NCBI GenBank assembly: GCA_036172245.1
Contig: JAYWIR010000036.1
Location: forward strand, 930,001 to 994,000
Direction of reading: 5' to 3'
DNA: 64,000 nucleotides
Source: Raillietiella orientalis
Taxonomy: Eukaryota
Positions within the stretch are counted from its first letter, which is position 1. Each line of letters starts with the position of its first letter. A program made the position numbers and the translations under genes. The notes under the pieces were generated by a model. It ran no database searches. It had not been told where the DNA came from and was given only the letters and a program-made list of their open reading frames with translations. Below are positions 47,160 through 58,200 of the stretch, piece by piece.

Positions 47160-48837
47160 TGCCACGCGGCGACCGAGGTCCTCTTCCACGTTACTGACTT
47201 CCTGGAGCAGGGTGATAAAGCCGCAGGAGAGGGCGTAGAATCGAGGGCGCGCCGCCATCTCCAGGGGCAGGGGAGGGAGGAGAGCTCCCGGGAAAGCCGC
47301 ACATCCTGTCGTGGACGGTGGAGAATCCTGGTCCGGCCGTCTTCAAAAGGTGGAGATGGCGCTTGGACCGATCCAAAATGGCAGATTTTACCTGCCGGAA
47401 CGAGTGGTAGTGTGGAACGCGTTCGCGGCCACTCTGCTTCGCCCCCTGCTTTTTGCGGTCATTCAAAAAAGGACCGAGGACCTCCTCTGAAAAGCCCCGT
47501 GGGGCAAAGGGAGGCCCAGAGTCCGTTTAAAAGACCTCTGTGCCCCGCTTAGGGATGGTGGATTGTGCCTTCTTACGCTGGAGGGGATGGAGCGACAGCT
47601 CCAATTCCGCAGACTTGCCCTCGCGTCCAAGCACTGGACTACACCTTGGTGCGCTCCGGCAAGAATCCTTGCCAAACAGGCAACCGGCTGCGAAGGACTG
47701 ACCTCGGCCGTCGTGGCCACAGAGCGGAGTCTGGGCTATCTTGTCCCCCAACTCCGACACATGGCTGCCTTTATGCAGAAGAACCCCTGGATCTCTGTCC
47801 TCCCCACGAACTGGACTGTCTGGCTGCAAGAGTCCCATTTTCGCATGGGGAAAAATCAACGGCACGGGTGCGACAGAGTTCATCTTCCTTCGGAACAGTA
47901 GATGCGCTCATCAGCCATTGGAAGAGATCCTGGGAACACCAGGAATCTTCTGTGAGCCTTGTTCACCTCCCCTCGCTGCTCTCCCTTAGAGGAGCAAAGG
48001 ACAACCAACTTCCAGCGAGATGGGAAGTGACGTGCATGATCGAGAACAAAAAGATATATTTGGATGCGTGGACAACTCGCGAACCGGCAGACGCCGCGAC
48101 CCAGAGTGTCCCACCAAACGGACTGCTACGCTGGGGAGAGCTACTACGAATTCCTCTGGAGGAGGCCCCCAGCGTGTCGGAACAGTGCTATCCTCCCCTT
48201 GAACTGGCAGGAATCGGAGACCCTGCTGTTGCACTGGGCCAGCCGACACCATTGGCCCCAGGGAAGGAGGTGAGCCCCAACTGCACTAGGTGTAAAGAAA
48301 GAGAGTCCCTCCTGCACCTGCTCATAGATTGTGCTGCCCTCCATCCGCTTTGCCATGTCCCCGCGGATCTCCGGCGACAACCCCAAAGACGTTTTGAAGC
48401 GCCTATTTTCGCGCAACGTCCTCACGCCGGCCGCACCTCTAGCTGCCTACGCGGGATCGTGGCTACATGGAGTTACGTCAGAGGAGGCCAGGACGACAAG
48501 GACGCTATCTATTTTGCCGTCCTCTTCATGAGGACAGCGTCAAGGTGAACCATCTGGGAGCCTCGAAACAGGAACTTGCCGGCATCCATACAAGGCTGCA
48601 GAGGACACCATCCAGCACGCAGTGATCCCCTTCCGAACCCCCCACTTTTTTTGTATTTTTTCCTTTTATTTTTCTTTTTGTCTTCCCTTCCCCTGTGCTG
48701 CCGAAGCGAACCTCGCCGGCCCACGTGCCGGTTCTCGGCAGGTTCTTTTTAGTATATTTATAACGTGGTAGGACCAAGCGTTCTGTCACTGGCCTATATG
48801 TTTATTTTTTGAAGAAACGCCCCGGAGTGACCGGGTG
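47160..48837 (+). mobile_element. Decayed L1/Tx1-clade non-LTR retrotransposon, 3' part (family 1)
   Basis: Frameshifted motifs include the thumb region (WSGRLQKVEMAL...ERVVVWNAF), LCAPLRDGGLCLL (L..P...GGLG motif), and LPLNWQE...CTRCKERESLLHLLIDC (CCHC/zf-RVT-like). A T-rich 3' UTR and the terminal hairpin at 48812-48837 follow. The 5' boundary is approximate. Confidence 0.8.
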
Positions 48838-51800
48838 TCAACCGTAGACGGTTGACACTTCAGGGAAGAGCGTGGAGGTTCCCGCCAGTGGATAGCAGCG
48901 TACCGATGGGACAGCCGCTCAACCCTGACGGACCGCTTCCGAGGAGGTGACTTTCAGCTTCCCGACTCCTCCTCCGTCTATCTGAGCACCTCCCAAGAGG
49001 TCCGGCGGCGGACTTCCGGATGGAGGAGTGAGGGGAGAGAGTGCTAGTGCCCACCCGACCACCTGGTCAGCTGGGTGTTTCCTGACACGCATCGGGGTTC
49101 CTTCCGAGCACCGCCATGCTGGACCGCCTTCCGAGCTCAGAGAGGTGCCTAGTTCCTGGGCTGGAGAACAGGGTGGTGGCAGCGTTGATGCTCCAGGCGC
49201 TCGGGGGCAACGGGTCGCGCCTGCGCGCCATTGTGCGCTCCCTCGCGGAGTCATTGATCGGTTAAATGGGAGAGGCGGGGCGGGGCGCCGAGGGAATCTG
49301 CGGGGCGTGGGTAGAGGACGTTCCCGAGCAGCGTCCGGGCTGGGTAAGGGGCACCAGGCAAGCTGGAGGCGGGTCAACGGACGGAGGGAAACGAAGGAGG
49401 GGTAGCGGACGCTGCCCAGAGAAACGACGACGGAGATGACGATGGCAGCAATCAGAAGAGGACCCCGGGTCACAACGGAGGGCGGAGGTGCCTTCGTTCC
49501 GCCTCGGAAGGGCGCGGCGGAGGAGTCCTCTCAGCCCTCACTCTACTCCGCGAAAAAGGAAGAAGAAGAGGGTAAGGGGGCAGTTGAAGGGACGCGCGGA
49601 GAGGTTCGCGTGCCCCTCCTCCGGCCCTACTCTCTACCCCCCATCCTTTCCGGAACTCTTTCCTTTCCTCCCTCCCCTTCCAAGGCAACTACGGCGGCCC
49701 ATCCGCCACCTTAGCGGGTGCTCCCTCCGCCTCCTCCTCCACGCCCACGCTGCGGCCCGTCATCTCGGTGGCACCTCGCACGCCACAGGTGCCATCGCTG
49801 CCTCCGTAGCGGCACCCTCGCTGCCACGCCGCCGCCTCCGCTGCCGTTGCTGCAGTATCTCTGATCGCTTCTGCTGTTCTTGGTACACTAGAAACGGTTA
49901 CGATTCCTTGATTGCCATCGCCCCGCTTGATATTTCCACTCCTGAAATGGTTGCTGCGCCGGCAGGAGACGGCCCGGCGTTCGTGGAGACGGTCCGGTTC
50001 CCGTGTCTTCGCAGCAGGAACTCCTGCTGCCATCTCCTAGTAGGGACAGCATCTCTTTTTTCCCGAGACCGCCGATGCCACCACTTGGTCACCCCAAGAG
50101 TTGTAGCGCCCAAGCGGCCAGCTCTCGGTACCGCGAGCCGCTCTCCCTTTCTCTGCCGCCTGAGCTCCTCCCCGGCGGGGCTGTGATGGGGACCGAAGGG
50201 CAGGGAGTCGAGCGTGCGGCGGATAGGCGACAAGTGGCGCGTCTTCTCGACGGCTTGGCTCGGCGCCAGAGGTGGCCGTTTCTGGGGCGACGCCCTGAGG
50301 AGGGAAACGGAAGGGTAGAGGGGGAGGGGACGGCATCTCGAGCGTCTGCTCTGTCGGGACTAACCGGGAGATTTGGCCATGGTTTAAGTCCGCCATCGAT
50401 TCGTGCTCCCCGGACGGAGCCGGCGGCGACGGGTTCCGGGCTCGCTCCCGAATCTCGAGAGCTTCCTCGGCCTGGGAATCCCTTCGGAGGAGGCGGGATC
50501 TGCGTCGCTCGCCAGCCTCCAGCAGACCTCAAGAAATCGGAACACCTAAGTGACCGCTCTTCGGCTGCTAAGCCACGAAAGTTTCTTGAGGTGTGGACCT
50601 GGAGTGGGGAACCGTTTCCCACCCCGAAGGCCTGTTGGAACGATGCTCCCACCGAACGACCACGGAAGCCCCTCCTCCTCCCTCTTCCAATTCCGATTCT
50701 GGGGAGAGCCTTTCGCGAAGCTTCCACCGATCCCCATAGCCGTAGGCGAGCCGAGGGACCGGGGCAAAAAATGTGGCAGCTGCAGTCTTCTCAAGGCGGA
50801 CATGTGGCCAGCATCCCAGTAACCTTCCTTCTCCTTCGATTCAGTTCATTCACGAGATGGGCAAAGGGCAGAACTAAAAAACTGCCCACGGTGTCCGTGG
50901 GGAAGGTCTGTATCAACAAGTCGGCGAAAGCGAGCCTGCGGTAACACCATTGGCTGTGCTCCGGTCCGAAGAGACGGCCGCGGCTGGCTTTCCGCTTAGA
51001 GTGAGCCCAGGGCCGGATTCGACCCTGGGCTTGCTCCCTAACCCTTGAGCAGGGAAACTGTCCTCTTCCGTTTTCCTGACGAAGCGGCTCAGAGAGCTGT
51101 GGGCTCGCTTCCCCGTTACAGAAAGGAGTCGTCTCGCGCAGCCTCCGTCTACGTCAGAACACTTTCAAGGACATTCCGTCGATTGATGCTTCCACTGTGG
51201 ACAATCGGCACCGTAACTCGAAGGCTTAGCCGCCCGTTTTACCCTACGAGCAATAAGGATCCGGCAGGGAGAGTGCCCGGTCTTTTTAGTTATTCTGGGC
51301 GGAGCAACCTTCGGCAAGAGTTTAAAGTGACTGCAGATCAAACAATCGCTACGAATCACCGCCAACTGATTGTTACGGGACATTGTTGACTGAAAGTTGC
51401 GAATCGTTGCCAACCGATTGTTGCGATGCATTGTCATTCGATGCTTCATCGCACAGTGAATGCGATTGCGAAGGGCAAACACGAATGCGCTCATGCAGGA
51501 GTCTCATGGCAGTCCATTCGAGGGCTCTGTTGGGGTCCGAAAGTTATGGACTGCGCCTGCGATCTTGTGAGCCGCGAACCTCGAGAGGAGAACGCAGCTC
51601 TTGAAGGAACATTTCGCGGGGTTTCATGCTGCCTCGACGTCTTATCCCTAAACTTCTTCTGGCCCGAAGGAAGCTTGGAAAAAAGGTTCAAGGTGCGAGG
51701 GTGGGGGGCTGGTGGTGTGCTCTTCTGCACGCATATGCGCGACACAGCCTCCGAGCAGAAAGCACTTTGGACTGCCGTTCCACCGGAGACGGACGTGGTG

Positions 51801-52599
51801 ATGCACATTCTGCGGTGACCTCACCGCAGTGGCGCGTGTCTCCAGTTCCTACCCTCCAAGCATCTCCAACATGGTGGCACACCTGGTCAGGATGCGGTCT
51901 CAGCTCTCCTTTGGCTCGAGGCCGTTCCGGGCGAGCCACGAGGGAGCGCATAAGCAGCGGGGAGCGGGAGAATGAGGGGAGATCCCCCGATCACACGACC
52001 CGGCTGCGTATGCGAAAAGCCGGCAGAAGGGTGCGGTGCGCCCGAGCCGGAGAGGCAGCCGGCGGGTCGGGCAGCTCCGGCCGCTCTCTGGGCCGGTAGG
52101 TCGTCCGGCCGGCGGTCGAACTGGACGCCCGTGAGGAAGCGACTGGGCAACCCCCGGCGCTGCGTTTTCCGGCGAGCTGCAGCTGCCGCGCAGCCATCTC
52201 CATCATCGTCGCGCACCGTTATTGACGGTGGTCCCTGCTTACCGCGCGCTCCGCCGTGGAAGCGGACTCGAACGATCATTAGCGCCAAGGGGAAGAGCCT
52301 CTTTGCTCCGCGAAAGATAACAGCCATTACCATCATTCCTGGACGTCAGCGTAACTGGAACGCGCGGCTACTTAATGATGCGGCTGCGTCGAGAATCGCC
52401 TTCCCCCGTTTCATCCCATTTGTTCTGGGAGCCAATCTCCTCCCTGGGAGAAGAAGTCGAGCGTGCTGCCGGAAGAGGCGTGGCGGGCAGGCCACGGACA
52501 GACCAGGCGTGCTGAGGATGGACCCGCGTGCTCTCGGGAGGATGATCGAGGGCGCGCCTGCGGGCGGGTATCCCCCGGACAATACAGGTCGCCCTCCCT

Positions 52600-55215
52600 C
52601 CTCCCTCTTCGGAGGCTTCCTCAGGGCGCCGGAGGCTGCCTGGACCTGCGCTTCCTCTCCAGGTCCTGATTGGGAGCTTCGAGAACCTTCCCCAGGTGGT
52701 AGTGGGAGCGTCGCGGATTCCAGGAGTGGCTGGCGGTTCAGGAGGTGGAAGCAGCGGTCTCCCTGCGTATCCCTGCGAACGGACGAGGAGGGTGATGGGA
52801 AGGATCCGGCCCGCCCTGCGACGCGCTTGCGGGTTTTGGTGGACGCGTCCGCCGGTTAGATGTCCGGCTCGGCCGCCGAGTCAAGCGGATGGCGGCAGAG
52901 GATCGCTGGGAGGCAGCCCAGCTGCCACCGAGAAGCCGAGAGCGCGCCGGCTTCCGGACACTCCAGGGTCCAGAGGTCGGAGAGCGTAACGGGAGGGGCA
53001 GCCCCTCGCAGCACCTTCAGCCAATCCCATGCTCTTCCTCTGGGAGGGAATCCAGGCAGGAACGTCAGTCCAGCGCCCCGAAGGAGGGATGCGCCCGGGG
53101 CAGTCGGAGGTTCCACCCTGAAAGTAGAGAGAGGGAGATAGGATGCGCAGGCATCCTCCCCTCCCCTTCTCTCCGATGTTTGTTCAGCATACGGCACCGC
53201 GGTTCACCGGGACTCTCTTGGGAGCCAGAGAGTCCCTTTCCGCCAACTAGGCTTCGGCAGGCGTCTCCATGGCTACCGGCCGCAGTATACGCTGTGGTCG
53301 CCGCACCCTCCCATCCTCCGCGGCTGGTGCGCTTCTAGGATTCAGAGGGATGCGCCTGCAGACGGCTGTGGGACAGGGAGGAGTCGCCGGGACTCCTCCT
53401 CCTTCTGGGCTGACTCCGAAACAGCCGCATGCCCCCAGGGTGCGATGCTGACCCATCTGCTCGATTGGAGGAAAAGGGTGCGACCCTTCCCCGGGCCACC
53501 GGTCCGTCGAGGATCCAGTGCAGCACTTGCTCCCGGAAGGGATCGGGCCATGGGCCCAAGGGCGCCCTTGCGACGCCAGGATGAGCACAGGTTCTACTGT
53601 CACTGGAGCCGCCAGAGCTCGACTCTCGCAAGTACCTGGCTCAGAGGGTGGGTGGGGGGGGGGGGGTCGACAGCTAGGGAAGAAGAGGAATGAAAGGTGT
53701 CTTCACCTCCATCCCGCAGTAAAAATGCGGGAGGATAACGGGGCGAGAGGGATCCGATCGGGGTTGCACGGAAGAGGCAGAGCTCCCCACGGCGCTCTGC
53801 TGTTTCCGGGACGGGAGGTCACGTCTCATCGGCCGCCTTCCTTCCCTAATACGGGCGACGGAGAGGGGAACGTCGCCTCTCCCCCTGCGCCTGCCCTTCT
53901 CGTGCCGCACTACCCCTTCCGGGGGTGGGACGTGGAGAGAGGAGAAACCGCAACGGAGGAAGCGGACACAACGGACCGGATGCTCCTCGCATTGTCGGGA
54001 AGCGCTGGTGCGCGCCAGGATCGCTGGCGGTTCATCGCGTCCACACCGCTTGGCTCTTCCCCCTCCTTTCCCCCCTTCCTCGAAGAAGATGCAGCCTTCT
54101 CCTTGGACGCATGGCCACACTGGTAAAGGAGAACGGCTGGATAGTATGCAGCCTCGCCAACTCCTCCGCATGGCTGGAGGAGTCTGTTGGAACGTGAGCG
54201 AAGATAAATCAGAGAAGTAACAACTGGAACTGCCTGCAAGTTTCGAACTACTCCCCCGGCTCCCTGCGGTCCATTCTGGAGTGTCCCGCCAGGAACACGT
54301 GGGCGGAGACGAACCCTTTAGCTACAGCGCTGCCCTTCCTACGAAGGGTCCTCTCCAGCGGCCTGACGCCGAAGTGGCAAGTCTCCTGTCCAATCGCAGG
54401 CAGAGAGAAGAAGATGAGCGGTTGGACCATGGGAGAGCTGGCGGACGCCACGACCCCGAGCGTCCTTCCGCGTGGATTAACAAGATGGGGCGAGCTGCTC
54501 GCCATCCCGATGGATGAGCTGGAGTGTCCCCGGTATTACAAGGATTAAGGATGCTGCCCCTTAATTGGCAAGAGTCGGCGCTGCTGCTGTTGCATTGGGG
54601 TCTACTCTGCAACGAACGCCGCTTCCACTGGACGAGGGGAGCTGTGTGCCAGGTGTGGGGAGAGGGAATCGCTCTCCCACTTGATTGTTGACTGCCCTGC
54701 CCTCCGTCTCCTATGGGAACGTTTTGGGACGACCCTCGGTCTCCCGGTGGGCAGCGCTCCCAGAGACGTTTTCCAGCTTCTCTTCGTGCGAGACGCCTTG
54801 CAACCTGCAGCAGCCCTGGCAGCACTTTGCTGCATCCGAGACATCGTGGAGGCTTGGGGCGATGACCGCGACGATGCTAACGAGAGGGACGTCATCGTAT
54901 ATGCTGTTCGCTTTCTAGTGAGAGCAACGAGATGGCCCCAGCTGGGAAGAATGCAGATGGACCTCGAGGGCATCCTGCAAAGGATGAACCCTCCTCTCGG
55001 TGGCCAGTGATCCCTTCCCGTCCCTCCAAACTCTTTTTGTTTCTTTGTCTTTTATTTTTCTTTTTGTTTTGACCCCCATCCCCCTCCACTGCCGAGGAGA
55101 GTCACGCTGGTCTGCGTCCTGGCGTCCCGGCAGGTCCGGTGTTGTGTTGGCCGTTAGTGGGGCCTCGTACCACGTTTTTGTAGAGCTTTAATAAACGCCC
55201 CGGCATAACCGGGTG
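52600..55215 (+). mobile_element. Decayed L1/Tx1-clade non-LTR retrotransposon, RT through 3' end (family 1)
   Basis: Degenerate RT motifs appear in the expected order: SPGPD (~52655), WKQRSPCVSLRTD...ATRLRVLV (WRPISL..D-like), and FPPTRLRQASPW (RQGCPLS-like). These are followed by LPLNWQESALLLLHWGLLCNERR, ESLSHLIVDC, a stop at 55010, a T-rich UTR and the terminal hairpin at 55190-55215. Confidence 0.78.
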
Positions 55216-58200
55216 GTAACCTCCCCCCGCCTGCTCCCCGGTCGGGAAGTCGCCGCCGACTGTCGTCTGCTTTTCGGTCTTCCCGGCAGACAGCCTTTCT
55301 GAACGGAGGCTCTGCGATGAGGTCGTGGCTCTGCAGGTAGAGGGCGCCGCGGGGCGGATGTGCTCTCTGCGGCGAAGCAGGAAGGAGGCGGCTGGCAGGG
55401 GGCTGGAGTGGGGTGTCCCCTTGCCGGCGACCCCGAGGAGGCAGGGTCTTGGTCCCTGTGCACGCGGCGCGCGCTCCTGGGAACCAGCCCCTTGCCGCCG
55501 GTGCCGCGTCCTTTTCGGTGTCCGGAGGGGTGGAGGGAGCGAAAAATTCTCGTACGTCTCCTGAAGAATTTCCGGGGCGCGGTCCCATCCGGCGACGCAT
55601 GCATTTCTCTGCTTCCTCCAGAGAGGGGGAACCCTCCATTAACGGGATGAAACGGGGCCCGTGGCCCGGAGAGGTCCGCCCGCCTTTGCAACCCCCGCGC
55701 CTTCCTCTCCGTTGCACACATGGCGTGCGCCAGAGCGTGTCTCCTCTCCGCGGGGACACCAGCTCTTTGGACAGCGCCACCCAGGAACTGCGGGCTCCGG
55801 GAGTCGCTCCCTCGAGAGCTCCGGGCTGATTTCCAGGGGATAGCGTCCTCTGCGAGAGGGGACCCCGCTGCTCCTGTGGGCCTCGCCGACGCACCCACGG
55901 GCCGGTTTCCGGGAAACTGCCCCTCTCGTGCGCTTCACGAGTTCACCTGCAGGGACGCTGCCGTCGTGGGCGGAGGTGGTTCACCATCCTGACGTTTGGT
56001 CCATCGCCGGATGCGGACCGGTCCCCCGAGCGGGTTCCTTGCGCTCCTGGGGACGACCCCGAAAGAGGTCTTGTCCACCTGCTCGCGCAGGGCGCAACCT
56101 AGCCCGGTCCCTTTCCCATGGGGACTGCCCAAGAGAGTGATAGCGCTGGGTACCTCCTCACCCCCCTCCTGGTTCCTCTTTTTTCATTTTCCTCGGAGGC
56201 TGCTGGACGGTCCGATGCCCTGCGGGTTGGCCCCGCCAGGTCCGAGGTGCGGCAGAAGGGCTCGGCTCCTCCTCTCTGCGACAACAGCCTACCCCCTGAG
56301 GATGCGAGAGTCCTTCCGCGGGTCGGCCTGCGATGCCCTCCCTTCGGGCAACCTGAACAGCGCAGGAAAACGCCCCGCCCACTGGGGCTCTGCTGCAGCG
56401 GCGTGGGAAGGCCCTCCCTGCTGTGCACCGCCAGTGAGCGAATTTGCGGCGGCTCGAGTGCGCCTGGGGACCCCGTGGGGGTTCCAGGAGGAGGAGACAC
56501 TCCCGCGGCGTGGGAGGCGACCTGCTTCCGGATCGCGGGAGTCGCCAAGCCCGTCTCCCAAGGGCAAACGGCGCGGCTGGCGCACGGACACATCCCTAGG
56601 GACCTCCCTCAGGACCCGCAAAGAGTCAGCATCCCCCTCGGAGGCCCCGTGATCCCTGACCGGCGCTCCGTCCTCCCCTCAAGTCTCCCGCACGCCGCCA
56701 TTCTTGCCGGCGGGACAGTGGGGCCTTACTCGTGCCCCATCTCCCCAGAGACGGGACCCGAGGGAAGCTGAGAACCGCGTGCATACATTCGGGACGCTCC
56801 AGGAGGCTGCTGCATGGTCGGAAGCTCACCGCAGATGGGGCCTCCGACTCCCACTGGGCTCTTCCCATGCAAGCAGCGGTGGTCGCCGCAACGGAAGGGG
56901 TGTGTGGCTGTCTCTCCCCCTCCCACGCCAGGATGGGGTGCGGAGCACGAGGGGAAGGGCAAGCCCTCAGGGCGACGGGCACCAGCTCCAGTGCCCCGTC
57001 TCCTTCTGTGTCTGCCCTCGGGGATCGCGTCCGACACCGTAGGGCGGACCCACCCCTATTGGCCCCATCCTCCACAATCTCCCCCTCTTCCGGCCCTCCC
57101 CAGTGAAGGCAATCCCTTTCCCTTCGGACCATCGATCTCTGAATGCCTTCATTTTTATGTATTTATTTTAAAGAAGTGACCTGGAAAGCTGGGCTGGGAA
57201 GCTGGTGCGCGCATGCAGCGTCATCTCCAAGCGCACATCTGAACTACTGTCGTTCTGATACGCGCTCCTAAAAACGGCACCAGCAGCAGCGGGACGGGCA
57301 CGAAACCGCGGCGTGGGAAGCTGCAGAAACAGAGGGATCAACCGGTTCTTCCACAGCGAACACACAGTCCGTGAGGAGTTTCCTTTTTTTCTTTTTTTGA
57401 TTTCGGCTGCTGCTACAGCTGGACCAACGAACGAAGGGGAAGTTCGGTCATGACTGAGTGATAGCGTGGGAACTTCCGTAATGGCCGTCCCCTGCCCTTC
57501 CCTCAACTCGTCGCCAGCCCCGGAAGTAGTGAAGGAGGGATCGAACCTCGGGAGGAGGAGGAAGAGGAGGAGGCACGGAATTCGCCTTGGCGGGAGGGGT
57601 CGAAGAGAAGGCGCCGCGGCGACGGAGAGGCGCGGGGCGCGCTCCAGCGCGACTTCCCCCGTCGTCCCGAAAGCGTTCCGTCCCCGGGACTCTCCTCGTG
57701 CCCCTCCGCGACAGATAATCCCATTAGGTCAGCGGCGAGGCACAGAAGGGCCCGCTCATTATCCGGGGTAATTAATTAATGGCTCGTCGGCTGCGCTGGT
57801 CGGAGTCTGCGCATCCGGGGTGGCGCTGCTAAACGGCCGCGGAGGGGAGGACTACGCCGGGCGCGCACGGCTGCCTCCTCCCAAAGGAGACGCACGGATC
57901 GCGTTCCGGACGTCTGCCTTCCCGGGCGAGGGAGGTAGCGGTGACCTCCCTTTCCTCGCGAAAGCGTGGCTTCGGCCTCAATTCCCGGAGGGGGGAAAGG
58001 GGGGGGTGAACCCCCGTCTGCAGCAATACCAACACCCCCGGACCGGGAAACCCACATTCCGGGATCCAGTTCTTCATATGGCTCGGGTCCAGATCCAACA
58101 TCCGTCCCTCCGGCGCTGTTTTTTCACTCCCCGGGAAATCCGGAGTTTCGGGGAGGGCCTCCCGACTGCTGCCAAATTCCTCCGCTCGTCGTGCCTGGAG

